The notes beneath the pieces were generated by a model. That model did no database searches, was not told where the DNA came from, and worked only from the letters and a program-made list of their open reading frames with translations. A stretch of 45,886 nt of DNA from Nitrospirota bacterium (lineage in GTDB: Bacteria; Nitrospirota; Thermodesulfovibrionia; Thermodesulfovibrionales; Dissulfurispiraceae), in the NCBI GenBank assembly GCA_040758355.1, contig JBFLWF010000021.1, forward strand, positions 1-45,886, given 5' to 3'. Made by a program: the position numbers and the translations under genes. Shown here piece by piece: positions 34,753 to 44,934 of the stretch. Positions within the stretch are counted from its first letter, which is position 1. Every line of letters begins with the position of its first letter.

Positions 34753-35508
34753 ATGCCGCCGCTTATTCTTGTCACAAACGATGACGGTGTCCATTCTCCG
34801 GGGATAATCGCCCTTTTTAAGGCGATGAAGGAGATAGGGGATGCTTTTATTGTTGCCCCTGACAGAGAGAGGAGTGCGGTTGGTCATGCACTCACGCTTC
34901 ACAGGCCTTTAAAAGTCGAGGAACTTCGTGAAAATGTCTTCAGCGTAAACGGCACTCCCACGGATTGCGTTGCCCTTGCCATCCACAAGGTACTTCCGAG
35001 GAGGCCTGACCTTGTTGCATCAGGAATAAACAGGGGCGCAAATCTTGGAGATGACATAACATATTCAGGAACTGTTTCTGCTGCAATAGAAGGCACTATT
35101 TTGAGCGTCCCATCATTTGCCATCTCCCTTGTTGGAGACAAGCCATTCCATTACGAAACCGCTGTTCCTTTTGCCATCGAGGTTGCAAAATACATACTTG
35201 ATAAATCATTGCCATACGATACCCTTCTCAATGTAAATGTTCCCAATGCACAGAGAAAGGATATGCTTAAAGGAATGAAGATTACAAGGCAGGGCAAAAG
35301 GGTGTATGATAGCGCTATACAGGATATATATTCTCCATGGGGTGATAAGCATTACTGGATTGGCGGAGGAAAGCCTTACTGGGAGCATGGAGAGGACATG
35401 GATATTCAGGCAGTGCTCGATAATTATGTTTCTGTAACGCCAATCCATCTGGATTTAACAAATTATGAGGCACTGGAGTATTTAAAAAAGACATGGAAAC
35501 AGTCATGA
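34753..35508 (+). CDS. surE: 5'/3'-nucleotidase SurE
   Basis: ILVTNDDG, GTPTDCV, SGINRGANLG, YSGTVSAAIEG. Confidence 0.96.
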   Translation: MPPLILVTNDDGVHSPGIIALFKAMKEIGDAFIVAPDRERSAVGHALTLHRPLKVEELRENVFSVNGTPTDCVALAIHKVLPRRPDLVASGINRGANLGDDITYSGTVSAAIEGTILSVPSFAISLVGDKPFHYETAVPFAIEVAKYILDKSLPYDTLLNVNVPNAQRKDMLKGMKITRQGKRVYDSAIQDIYSPWGDKHYWIGGGKPYWEHGEDMDIQAVLDNYVSVTPIHLDLTNYEALEYLKKTWKQS

Positions 35509-36890
35509 AATACGATGTCATTATTGTTGGCGCCGGGCCCGCTGGAATATTCTCTGCTCTGGAGCTTTTGGAGAAAGCCCCTGAGTTAAAGATCCTCATT
35601 GTCGAGAAGGGAAAAGACATTGATAAGAGACAATGCCCCATGGATACACAGGATGTGCCCTGCATGTCATGCCCTGAATGCGACCTTGTTAGCGGATGGG
35701 GTGGTGCAGGAGCATTCAGCGATGGGAAACTCAATCTCTCTCCAGAGATAGGCGGATTCCTTTCGAGGTATGTGGATATGAAAACCCTTCAGTCATTAAT
35801 AGATTATGTGGATGGCATATATGTAAAGCATGGTGCTCCTGAGAAACTTTACGGAGGCGATGAAAAAGAGATCGCCAGGATAAAGGACATTGCTGCAAGG
35901 AATGACCTCACATTTGTTCCTTCAAAGATAAGACATATAGGTACGGACAGGTGTAGGGATGTGCTGAAGAATATGAGGGATGCTGTCAATGGAAGGGTTT
36001 CAGCAATATTCGAGACAGATGTACAGCATATAATTGTAGAAAAGAAAAAGGCTGTGGGAATAAAACTAAAAGACGGTCAGGAGATATTCGCAGATCATGT
36101 TATCCTTGCGCCGGGAAGGGCATCGGCTAAGTGGCTTGAAACAGAGTCCAGAAGACTCAAGCTTACATTGCTTAAAAACCCCGTGGACATTGGAGTAAGG
36201 GTGGAGGTGCCTGCTCCTGTGCTTGAACCGCTTACGAGTATTACTTACGAGCCTAAGCTGATATTTTATTCAAAGAAGTTTGACGACAAGGTAAGGACAT
36301 TCTGCGTTAATCCATACGGAGAGGTAGTGAAGGAGCATATAAAGGACATATGGACTGTGAACGGCCACAGTTATGCAGAGAGGAGAACAAACAATACCAA
36401 TTTTGCAATCCTCGTAAGCACTTTTTTTACAGAGCCATTTGATGAACCCATATCATACGGCACATATATAGCAAGGCTTGCCAATTTCCTCGGAGGAGGC
36501 GTTATTGTCCAGAGGCTTGGCGATCTCATAAAGGGAAGGCGCTCAACGCATGAGAGGATATCAAAAGGAATAGTAGAGCCTACGTTAAAGGATGCAACTC
36601 CGGGAGATCTGAGTTTTGTTCTTCCATACCGTTATCTGTCTGATATCATGGAGATGCTTGAGGCTTTGGACAAAGTTGCTCCGGGCATTAATTCAAGGCA
36701 TACGCTTCTTTACGGAGTTGAGGTGAAGTTTTATTCGATGCAGATTAAGCTTACAGATGGTCTTGAAACAGAGATAAAGAATCTCTTTGCCATTGGTGAC
36801 GGTGCCGGTGTGAGCAGGGGACTCATTCAGGCATCGGCTTCAGGAGTAATAGCAGCAAAGGAGATATTAAAGAGGCATGGACGACTTTAA
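35505..36890 (+). CDS. NAD(P)/FAD-dependent oxidoreductase (uncharacterised FAD-dependent dehydrogenase family)
   Basis: VGAGPAG, Cys cluster [43 protein letters not shown]. Confidence 0.85.
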   Translation: MKYDVIIVGAGPAGIFSALELLEKAPELKILIVEKGKDIDKRQCPMDTQDVPCMSCPECDLVSGWGGAGAFSDGKLNLSPEIGGFLSRYVDMKTLQSLIDYVDGIYVKHGAPEKLYGGDEKEIARIKDIAARNDLTFVPSKIRHIGTDRCRDVLKNMRDAVNGRVSAIFETDVQHIIVEKKKAVGIKLKDGQEIFADHVILAPGRASAKWLETESRRLKLTLLKNPVDIGVRVEVPAPVLEPLTSITYEPKLIFYSKKFDDKVRTFCVNPYGEVVKEHIKDIWTVNGHSYAERRTNNTNFAILVSTFFTEPFDEPISYGTYIARLANFLGGGVIVQRLGDLIKGRRSTHERISKGIVEPTLKDATPGDLSFVLPYRYLSDIMEMLEALDKVAPGINSRHTLLYGVEVKFYSMQIKLTDGLETEIKNLFAIGDGAGVSRGLIQASASGVIAAKEILKRHGRL

Positions 36891-37521
36891 ACGACTCAGG
36901 GATATGATGGTTGATTACCAACTCATCCCGAGGGGGATAAAAGACGAGCGCGTCCTTGCTGCCATGAGGAAGGTTCCACGCCATTTATTCGTACCCGATT
37001 TTATAAGACACAGCGCCTATGACGATATAGCACTGCCAATAGGCGATGACCAGACCATATCACAGCCTTATATGGTTGCAGTGATGACAGAGTTGCTGGA
37101 ACTGAGAGGAGATGAAAAGGTGCTGGAGGTCGGGACAGGCTCAGGCTATCAGGCAGCACTATTGGCGGAATTGGCAAGAGAGGTTTATACAGTAGAAAGG
37201 ATTTCCACTCTTGCAGATGGAGCAAGAAGGAGACTGACAGACCTCGGATACGAAAATGTATATGTAATAGTTAGCGACGGTACAAAGGGTCTGGAGGATA
37301 AGGCGCCTTTTGATAGGATTATAGTTACTGCTGCTGCTCCAAAAATCCCCGAACCTCTGATAAATCAACTGAAGGATGGCGGGATTATCGTAGCGCCTGT
37401 TGGAGAGAGGTTTTCTCAGATATTGATAAAGGGCAAAAAAGAGAAGGACATGCTCATCGAAGAGTACCATACTCCATGCGTCTTTGTTCCGCTTGTGGGA
37501 GAATATGGGTGGAAGGGATAA
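36877..37521 (+). CDS. pcm: protein-L-isoaspartate O-methyltransferase
   Basis: [48 protein letters not shown]. Confidence 0.96.
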   Translation: MDDFKRLRDMMVDYQLIPRGIKDERVLAAMRKVPRHLFVPDFIRHSAYDDIALPIGDDQTISQPYMVAVMTELLELRGDEKVLEVGTGSGYQAALLAELAREVYTVERISTLADGARRRLTDLGYENVYVIVSDGTKGLEDKAPFDRIIVTAAAPKIPEPLINQLKDGGIIVAPVGERFSQILIKGKKEKDMLIEEYHTPCVFVPLVGEYGWKG

Positions 37522-37552
37522 GAAGTTGTTTAGTTTCTTAATAAAAAAGTTC

Positions 37553-37581
37553 TTGACCTTTTGTTTTTAAATCAATAAAAT
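37553..37581 (+). promoter_or_regulatory. sigma70 promoter of the second ArsR gene
   Basis: TTGACC (37553-37558), 17 bp, TAAAAT (37576-37581), 8 nt before ATG 37590. Confidence 0.6.
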
Positions 37582-37589
37582 GTCTAAGT

Positions 37590-37922
37590 ATGAGAAGAGA
37601 AAAATCAATATACGAGCTGCAAGCAGAAATCTGCAAGATACTCTCCAGCCCCAAGAGAATAGAGATAATCAGCGCATTAAAGGATGGGGAAAAGACCGTT
37701 ACGGAGCTTGTGGATATCCTGGGAACCCCAAAGGCCAATGTATCCCAGCATCTTGCTGTAATGAGGCTCAAGGGCATACTGAAGAGCAGAAGGGATGGCG
37801 TGAATATCTATTACAGCATAGCCAATCCTAAAGTAGTTCAGGCATGTGCCCTCATGAGGGAAGTGCTCAATGAGCTGTTGATGGAGAGAAGCAGGATGGC
37901 TGAACTGGTCAGAAAGGGCTAA
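37590..37922 (+). CDS. ArsR/SmtB family transcriptional regulator
   Basis: AEICKILSSPKRIEII, KANVSQHLAVMR, RRDGVNIYY. Confidence 0.92.
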   Translation: MRREKSIYELQAEICKILSSPKRIEIISALKDGEKTVTELVDILGTPKANVSQHLAVMRLKGILKSRRDGVNIYYSIANPKVVQACALMREVLNELLMERSRMAELVRKG

Positions 37923-38085
37923 TCAATCCCGCCTTAATTCATCCTTAAAAAGACTTATTTGGTCTAAATTTCAGGCTTGACATATTTTATTATCTCGTGT
38001 TATTACTTATAGGCTTTTTTAGCCCCAAAACGTTATAGGATTCAGTATTACACTATAACGCATAACGCAAATGGAGGAACCTTCA

Positions 38086-39393
38086 ATGGCCCTTGCAACA
38101 TTTAAAGGAGGAATTCATCCGCCTGATAAGAAGGAGCTTTCCAAAGACAAGACAATTTCCCCAACTAAACCGCCTAAAAGAGTTGTTATCCCGCTTGTTC
38201 AGCATATAGGCGCACCGTGTAAATTGGCTGTCGATGTTGGACAGGAGGTCAAGAAGGGCGAGGTTATAGGCACTCCTGAGGGATTTGTCTCCGCTCCTGT
38301 TCATTCATCTGTTTCCGGAAAGGTGATTGCTATTGGAGATTTTCCCCTTGCCACTGGCAGGATGGTCACATCCGTTGTAATCGAGAACAACGGCAAGGAG
38401 GAGTGGGCATTATTAAAGGACAATCCCGATTATATGAAGCTCTCCGCTGATGAATTAAAGGCAAAGGTAAAGGATGCAGGAATAGTAGGAATGGGAGGGG
38501 CAGCATTCCCTGCCCATGTGAAACTGTCGCCCCCAAAGGAAAAGCCTGTGGATGTGGTTATCCTCAATGGCGCAGAGTGCGAGCCTTATCTCACAGCCGA
38601 CTACAGACTTATGATCGAGAAGCCGCAGGAGGTTGTGGAAGGCCTGAAAATATTAATGAAGATTCTCGGCGTTAATAAAGGCTTTATAGGAATAGAGGAT
38701 AACAAACCAGATGCTGTTGAGGCTATGAAAAAGGCTGCATCGGGAGAGCCGAATATCCAGGTGTGTGCCCTTGAAGTGAAATATCCGCAGGGGGCAGAGA
38801 AGATGCTCATAAAGGCAGCTGTCGGCAGGGAAGTGCCGCCGAGGGGACTCCCCATGGATGTGGGTGTTGTTGTGCAGAATATCGGTACTGCGGTAGCGGT
38901 ATACGAAGCTGCACGGTACGGAAAACCCCTTATAGAGAGGGTTGTTACCGTAACCGGAGAGGGAATAAAAGAGCCGAAGAATCTCATTGTGAAAATAGGC
39001 ACACTGGTGTCTGATTTAATAGAGGAATGCGGAGGATTCAAGTCAGAGACAGCAAAGGTCATATCAGGAGGCCCGATGATGGGCTTTGCAATGTATTCTC
39101 TGGATGTGCCCGTAACCAAAGGTACATCAGGAGTCCTCGTCCTTCCCGAAAAAGATGTTGTCCATGCCGAAGGTTTTGGTCCGTGCATTAGATGCGGAAG
39201 GTGCATCGATATATGCCCCATGGGATTAATGCCATCAATGCTGAGTGTGCTTTCTGAAAAGGGCTTTTACGAAGAGACGAAGGACTACAATCTCTTTGAC
39301 TGTTTTGAGTGCGGCTCATGCACATATGTATGCCCGTCGAAAAGGCCTATAGTACAATTTATAAGACTTGCCAAATCATTGGTAAAACCTTAA
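38086..39393 (+). CDS. rnfC: Rnf complex subunit C
   Basis: TFKGGIHPP, QHIGAP, GIVGMGGAAFP, NGAECEPYLTAD, YPQGAEK, CIRCGRCIDICP, CFECGSCTYVCP. Confidence 0.96.
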   Translation: MALATFKGGIHPPDKKELSKDKTISPTKPPKRVVIPLVQHIGAPCKLAVDVGQEVKKGEVIGTPEGFVSAPVHSSVSGKVIAIGDFPLATGRMVTSVVIENNGKEEWALLKDNPDYMKLSADELKAKVKDAGIVGMGGAAFPAHVKLSPPKEKPVDVVILNGAECEPYLTADYRLMIEKPQEVVEGLKILMKILGVNKGFIGIEDNKPDAVEAMKKAASGEPNIQVCALEVKYPQGAEKMLIKAAVGREVPPRGLPMDVGVVVQNIGTAVAVYEAARYGKPLIERVVTVTGEGIKEPKNLIVKIGTLVSDLIEECGGFKSETAKVISGGPMMGFAMYSLDVPVTKGTSGVLVLPEKDVVHAEGFGPCIRCGRCIDICPMGLMPSMLSVLSEKGFYEETKDYNLFDCFECGSCTYVCPSKRPIVQFIRLAKSLVKP

Positions 39394-39405
39394 TTGGAGG
39401 CTAAA

Positions 39406-40425
39406 TTGGCAGAAGTAAAAAAGGAACATCAATTAATAGTATCTGTAAGTCCCCACATAAAGAGCGAAGAGACTACAAGCAGGATTATGTGGAGTGTGAA
39501 TGCCTCGCTCCTTCCTGCAACCGTAATGGGAGCCTACTTCTTTGGTCCAAGGGCTGTATTTACAGTAGCCATTTCAATAATAGCGGCTGTACTTTCCGAA
39601 TATATATTCCAGAAGGCACTCAAAAAGAAGGTCACTGTAACGGACGGAAGCGCATTCCTTACTGGATTGCTTCTCGGGATGAACCTGCCGCCCTCCATTC
39701 CAATTTATATCCCTATCGTAGGCTCTTTTGTGGCCGTAGTCATCACAAAGCAGTTGTTCGGAGGACTGGGTTTTAATGTTTTTAATCCTGCATTGATAGG
39801 AAGGGCATTTCTCCTTATTTCGTTTCCGAGGCTTATGACGATATGGAAGGAACCCACTGCAGCATTTGTACAGCTTGATGCAAAAACCACAGCCACACCC
39901 CTCGGCATACTGAAAGAAGAGGGAATAGCAAAACTGATGGAGGTGTTCGGAGACAAGATTAACCTCTATACGCAGCTTTTTGTAGGACACAGGGCAGGCT
40001 CTATCGGCGAGACATCATCAATTGCGCTCCTTATAGGTGCGGCATTTCTTTTGTACAGGGGTTATATTTCGTGGCATATTCCCGCATCATTCCTTGGTAC
40101 TGCGGCTGTTATGGCATGGGTATTCGGTACAAAAGGAGCATTGTTTGCTGGAGACCCGATAGTCCATCTTCTGAGCGGTGGTATGCTCCTTGGAGCATTC
40201 TTTATGGCAACAGACTATGTCACATGTCCATCGGTTAAAAAAGGCCAAATACTCTTCGGCATAGGCTGCGGATTTCTCACCATGCTCATAAGATTGAAGG
40301 GAGGCTATCCCGAGGGCGTAATGTTCGCAATACTCATCATGAACTGTTTTTCTCCTCTTATAGACAGAGGCTTTAAGACAAGGGTCTTCGGAGCAATTAA
40401 ACAGACAAAGGAGATCAAGAAATGA
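39406..40425 (+). CDS. rnfD: Rnf complex subunit D
   Basis: SPHI, KQLFGGLGFNVFNPAL, TATPL (FMN-Thr), GSIGETS, FFMATD; TTG start after GGAGG. Confidence 0.95.
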   Translation: MAEVKKEHQLIVSVSPHIKSEETTSRIMWSVNASLLPATVMGAYFFGPRAVFTVAISIIAAVLSEYIFQKALKKKVTVTDGSAFLTGLLLGMNLPPSIPIYIPIVGSFVAVVITKQLFGGLGFNVFNPALIGRAFLLISFPRLMTIWKEPTAAFVQLDAKTTATPLGILKEEGIAKLMEVFGDKINLYTQLFVGHRAGSIGETSSIALLIGAAFLLYRGYISWHIPASFLGTAAVMAWVFGTKGALFAGDPIVHLLSGGMLLGAFFMATDYVTCPSVKKGQILFGIGCGFLTMLIRLKGGYPEGVMFAILIMNCFSPLIDRGFKTRVFGAIKQTKEIKK

Positions 40426-41009
40426 CAGGCAAGGACATTATAAAGATAACAGTAAACCTCGTTATCGTATATCTTATCGGAGGGGCCATCCTTGCGGCAG
40501 TTTATGCCAAGACTTCGCCTATTATGTATAGAAACGCTGTAATAGAAAAAGAGAGGGCACTTAAAACGCTTATGCCGGATGCTGACAATATAGAAAAAAT
40601 GGGCGACTGGACAATACACGAAAAACATGCGGAATACTTTGTAGCCAAAAAAGGAAATGATATCATCGGCTATGTTGTCCAATCCTTTGGAAAGGGTTAT
40701 TCGAGCTATATTAATGTGTTGATCGCAGCAGATAAGGACCTTAAGGTGCAAAAGATAGAGATACTTTCCCATGCAGAGACCCCTGGGCTGGGAGACGAGA
40801 TAGAAAAGGACGAGTTTAAAAATCAGTTCAAGGACAAGGATATAGACCACATAAAACTCGTAAAGACAGAGACAACAGAATATATACAGGCAATAAGCGG
40901 AGTTACGATCTCCAGCAGGGCAGTTACGGAGGATGCGGTCAAGAAGGGATTAAATCATCTCATCAATACCGTAAAAGGAGGAGCAGATGGCACAACACAA
41001 CACAATTAA
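40422..41009 (+). CDS. rnfG: Rnf complex subunit G
   Basis: N-terminal TM, GKGY, HAETPGLG, AISGVTISS (FMN-binding motif variant). Confidence 0.93.
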   Translation: MTGKDIIKITVNLVIVYLIGGAILAAVYAKTSPIMYRNAVIEKERALKTLMPDADNIEKMGDWTIHEKHAEYFVAKKGNDIIGYVVQSFGKGYSSYINVLIAADKDLKVQKIEILSHAETPGLGDEIEKDEFKNQFKDKDIDHIKLVKTETTEYIQAISGVTISSRAVTEDAVKKGLNHLINTVKGGADGTTQHN

Positions 41010-41619
41010 TTATAAAGAGCTTATACTTAACGGAATCATAAAGGAAAACACAATATTCAAGTTAGCCCTCAGCCTGTGTCCATCCATTGCTGTTACGAGC
41101 AGCCTGAAAAATGGAGTATTGATGGGTGTTGCGGTTCTCTTTGTTCAGGTAATGGTTAATATAACGATCTCTTTAATCAGGAAATTCATACACCCGAAGG
41201 TGAGGCTTCCCATATTTATGCTCGTAATATCAGGCTGGGTTACTGTTACGGATATGTCAATGGCTGCAGCGGTTCCGGATGTATATAAGCAGATGGGATT
41301 ATATATACAGTTGATCGTTGCTTTTGCATCAATACTTGCACGGGCAGAGATGTTTGCGAGCAAAAACAAGATAGCCCCTTCGATGGCTGACGGCATCGGC
41401 ATGGGGCTCGGCTTCCTTTTTGCTCTTACAGTGATCAGCTTCTTCAGAGAGTTGATAGGAAAGGGTGCGTTGTGGGGCTTCCCGATAATTAATGCAAAAC
41501 CGCTTTTAATAGCCATTCTGCCGGCAGGAGGCTTTCTGGCAGTAGGAATACTGATGGCATTTTTCAACTGGATAGATATAAAGTTCTTTAAGAAAACCAC
41601 ATCAGGGGCCTCCCACTGA
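40987..41619 (+). CDS. rnfE: Rnf complex subunit E
   Basis: LSLCPSIAVT, VRLP, FRELIG, LPAGGF; operon position. Confidence 0.92.
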   Translation: MAQHNTINYKELILNGIIKENTIFKLALSLCPSIAVTSSLKNGVLMGVAVLFVQVMVNITISLIRKFIHPKVRLPIFMLVISGWVTVTDMSMAAAVPDVYKQMGLYIQLIVAFASILARAEMFASKNKIAPSMADGIGMGLGFLFALTVISFFRELIGKGALWGFPIINAKPLLIAILPAGGFLAVGILMAFFNWIDIKFFKKTTSGASH

Positions 41620-41651
41620 TGGCAAGCCAGATAACTAAGGAGGAATAGAAG

Positions 41652-42245
41652 ATGAGCCTTGATTTTACAAAGCTCTTCGAGCTTATAATAGCAGCATCCC
41701 TCATAAATAATTTTGTCTTTACGAGGTTCTTAGGCCTCTGCATATTCTTCGGCGTCTCCAAAAAAATGGAGACAGCGGTGGGCATGAGCATCACGTTTAC
41801 AGCGGTCATGATGATCAGCGCCGCAGTAAGCTGGTTTATCTTCAACTATGTGATGGTGCCCCTCGATATAACATTCTTAAAAATTATTGTATTCATCGGA
41901 ATAGTGGCAGGATTGGTGCAGGCATCGGACACAATCATGAGGAAGGTTGCTCCGGGCCTGTATTATAAACTGGGCATCTACCTTGCCCTTATCTCGACAA
42001 ACTGCATCATCCTTGCAGTTCCGCTCGTGAATGCAGGAGAGCATTACAACTTCATCGAGAGCCTTGCCTTTGGCCTCGGATCGGGAATCGGTTTTGCCCT
42101 TGCACTGATAATAATGGCGAGCATTAGAGAGAAACTGGAGCTTGCAGATGTGCCCGCGCCTTTTAAGGGTCTGCCGATGGCCTTTGTTATTACAGGACTG
42201 ATTGCCCTTGCATTCACAGGTTTCTCAGGATTGATTACGCTTTGA
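41652..42245 (+). CDS. rnfA: Rnf complex subunit A
   Basis: NNFVFTRFLGLC, LGIYLALISTNCIIL, IREKL, LAFTGFSG. Confidence 0.95.
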   Translation: MSLDFTKLFELIIAASLINNFVFTRFLGLCIFFGVSKKMETAVGMSITFTAVMMISAAVSWFIFNYVMVPLDITFLKIIVFIGIVAGLVQASDTIMRKVAPGLYYKLGIYLALISTNCIILAVPLVNAGEHYNFIESLAFGLGSGIGFALALIIMASIREKLELADVPAPFKGLPMAFVITGLIALAFTGFSGLITL

Positions 42246-42292
42246 TATAATAAAAAATGAGCTACGACTATAAGGAAGGAGCAACAATAACA

Positions 42293-43453
42293 ATGATCGA
42301 TACTTCGACAATAAAAAAGGCAACCTTGTTTGCTGTAGCGATCCTATTCCTCTGTTCTTCTGCCCTTTATGCAGGTGTCGGCGGAGCTGTCGAGGCAAAG
42401 GAGCATGTAGATCTCGTTCCTGTACTGAAGTTCACACTGATATTCCTTGCAGGCATAGGCGCAATATTCGGTCTTGGCCTTGCATTTGCTGCAAAGAGGT
42501 TCTCTGTTAAAATCGACCCGAGGGTTGAGCAGGTTAAGGATGTCCTTGCCCATGCACATTGCGGCGCATGCGGCTATGCAGGATGCGAACAGTATGCAGA
42601 GGCGGTTGTTAATAATCCTGATGTCCCGCCCAATCTCTGCACACCAGCAGGAGCAAAGGGCGCAGAGGCTGTTGCATTGATTACCGGCAAAAAGGCTGAG
42701 GCGAGGGAGCCCATATTTGCAAGGATAATGTGTCAGGGAGGCTGGAGCAAGTCGACAAAGAGATTCAAATACGAAGGAGTCGAAGACTGCAGGGCAGCGG
42801 TTCTGGCAGGCGGAGGCGACAAGTCATGCATATACGGTTGCCTCGGCTACGGCACATGCGCAAGGGTCTGTCCATTTGGCGCAATAACCATGAATGATGA
42901 CCATCTCCCTGTTGTCGATATAACAAAATGCACAGGATGCAGGAAGTGCGAGGCAGCATGTCCCAAGAAGGTTATAGAGGTGCTGCCTGCTTCGAAGGCT
43001 GTCCTTGTTTCCTGTCACTCAAAAGACAAAGGCGTTGATGTAAGGAAGAACTGTCAGATAGGGTGCATTGCATGCGGAAAGTGCGTTAAGGTATGTCCAT
43101 TCGATGCACCGTCCATTTCAAATAACCTCTCAAGGATTGATATCAACAAATGCAGGGTATGCGGCCTGTGCGTTGGACCATGCCCCACAAATGCCATTGT
43201 TGACCTTATCCCGCAGAGACCAAAGGCATTTGTCACGGATAAATGCATAGGATGCCAGATATGCACGAAGGTATGCCCTGTTAATGCAGCCAGCGGAGAG
43301 CCTAAAAAGATGCACTCCATAGACGAGGGCAAGTGTATCGGATGCGGCATATGCACTGCAAAGTGCCCTGTTCAGGCTATTGACGGCACTTTTAATGCAG
43401 CAGAGGTCTTTGCAGCCGCTGCAGCAAAGAAGAAAAAGGCAGAGGCAGCCTGA
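42293..43453 (+). CDS. rnfB: Rnf complex subunit B (polyferredoxin type)
   Basis: TM anchor, HCGACGYAGC cluster, five CxxCxxCxxxCP motifs plus one variant. Confidence 0.92.
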   Translation: MIDTSTIKKATLFAVAILFLCSSALYAGVGGAVEAKEHVDLVPVLKFTLIFLAGIGAIFGLGLAFAAKRFSVKIDPRVEQVKDVLAHAHCGACGYAGCEQYAEAVVNNPDVPPNLCTPAGAKGAEAVALITGKKAEAREPIFARIMCQGGWSKSTKRFKYEGVEDCRAAVLAGGGDKSCIYGCLGYGTCARVCPFGAITMNDDHLPVVDITKCTGCRKCEAACPKKVIEVLPASKAVLVSCHSKDKGVDVRKNCQIGCIACGKCVKVCPFDAPSISNNLSRIDINKCRVCGLCVGPCPTNAIVDLIPQRPKAFVTDKCIGCQICTKVCPVNAASGEPKKMHSIDEGKCIGCGICTAKCPVQAIDGTFNAAEVFAAAAAKKKKAEAA

Positions 43454-43506
43454 AAATTAAGAAAATCCTTGACATTTTGGGCAATATAGGTTACAAATAT
43501 ACCTGT

Positions 43507-44934
43507 ATGAAATGGGTTAGCATTATTATTTCTCTTTTCTGTTTTCTTGTTGCCCCTGCTTATGCTAATGTAACTAACAGTAGTGCCGACTCAAATCAGA
43601 ATTTGGAACTAAAAGCCCAGAAGCCTGCCCAAACATATGCCAAAACAGATGCCCAAACAAATGATAATCCCTTAATTGCAGCAGCAGACCTGTCATCAGA
43701 TGATAAGCATAATGCTGTTCAGGAAAGCACCGAATCATCAGAGAATGTCAGTCAGCCTAAAAGCGATAAATCACAAGGTAACGCCGAAGAAGGACAGACT
43801 TCACTGATACCGTCCAATGCAAATTCTCCTCTTGGCATATCATACAAATCTAATGAGACGGCAATAAAGGCGATAGAGAAGAATATCGCCTTATTTAAAG
43901 ACAGGATTAAAAAGAGGTTCTCTGTCTGGCTCGAAAGGTCAGCAAAGTATATAGAAATAATGCAGGATGTACTAAAGGAAAAGGGTATGCCGGAGGAGTT
44001 GGTGTTCCTTCCCATAGTAGAAAGCGGATTTAATCTGAATGCCTATTCGCGTGCTCGGGCAGTTGGGCCGTGGCAGTTCATTGCCTCTACTGCCAAGAGA
44101 TACGGTCTCGTGATTGACTGGTGGAGGGATGAGAGGAAAGACCCTGTGAAATCCACGCACGCAGCAGCAGAGTATCTCAAGGACCTGTATCAGATGTTCG
44201 GCTCATGGAAGCTCGCCCTCGCTGCATATAATGCGGGTGAGGGAAGGATAATGAAGGCCCTTAAAAGGACGGGTGCAGAGGATTACTGGGCACTTCTCGG
44301 TACGAAAAAAATACCTAATGAGACAAAGGAGTATGTCCCGAGATACATTGCTGCATCCATGATAGCGTCTACACCGGAGGAATACGGATTTCGGGATCTT
44401 GCATATCACGAGCCTCTGGAATACGATGAGGTAAGCCTTAATTCGCCTGTTGATATCGAGATAATAGCAGAATGTGCTGAGGCCACTGTTGAGGAGATCA
44501 GGGAGTTAAATCCCGAACTGAGGAGGTGGAGCACACCGCCGAATGTCCAGAACTATACCATCAGGATACCTCAGGGGAGCAAGGACATCTTTATTGAAAA
44601 TCTCAATGAGATCCCCGAGGAAGATCGATTCAGCATAGATACATATAGGGTCAAAAACGGGGACAATCTGAAGAAGATAGCGAAAAAAGCAGGCGTCCCT
44701 GTGAATGTTATCCTCGCAATGAATTCCATGGCAGGCATAGAAGCCCTGGATACAGGAGAAGAGATAAAGATACCGCCAAAGGGAAAGTATTATGCTGACA
44801 TGGATGACAAAATATCTGCAAAAAAGGTTTCTTATACTAAGAAAATATCAGGGAAAAAATCCGGCAAGTCAAACAAAAAATCTGCCAAAAAAATCAGCAA
44901 GGCAAAGAATAAAACAAAGACTAAAAAGATTTAA
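43507..44934 (+). CDS. lytic transglycosylase (SLT) with LysM, MltD-like
   Basis: Signal peptide; IVESGF, AVGPWQF, DERKDP, AAYNAGEG, ETKEYVP, LNPEL, LysM YRVKNGDNL; Lys-rich tail; TTGACA at 43469-43474. Confidence 0.9.
   Translation: MKWVSIIISLFCFLVAPAYANVTNSSADSNQNLELKAQKPAQTYAKTDAQTNDNPLIAAADLSSDDKHNAVQESTESSENVSQPKSDKSQGNAEEGQTSLIPSNANSPLGISYKSNETAIKAIEKNIALFKDRIKKRFSVWLERSAKYIEIMQDVLKEKGMPEELVFLPIVESGFNLNAYSRARAVGPWQFIASTAKRYGLVIDWWRDERKDPVKSTHAAAEYLKDLYQMFGSWKLALAAYNAGEGRIMKALKRTGAEDYWALLGTKKIPNETKEYVPRYIAASMIASTPEEYGFRDLAYHEPLEYDEVSLNSPVDIEIIAECAEATVEEIRELNPELRRWSTPPNVQNYTIRIPQGSKDIFIENLNEIPEEDRFSIDTYRVKNGDNLKKIAKKAGVPVNVILAMNSMAGIEALDTGEEIKIPPKGKYYADMDDKISAKKVSYTKKISGKKSGKSNKKSAKKISKAKNKTKTKKI

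Noticed and set aside
38055..38068. ATAACGC x2 upstream of rnfC
   Set aside because: Only two units; consistent with the heptamer theme but too short to distinguish from chance.
148..44409. Numerous 60-260 aa ORFs antisense to or overlapping well-supported genes (e.g. 8419-9201, 38601-39221, 26314-26865, 31526-32071)
   Set aside because: They are shadows of strongly conserved coding frames, with no motifs or RBS of their own.
44810..44934. A-rich, Lys-rich low-complexity end of the transglycosylase
   Set aside because: Basic disordered tails are common on such proteins; no exact DNA repeat unit.
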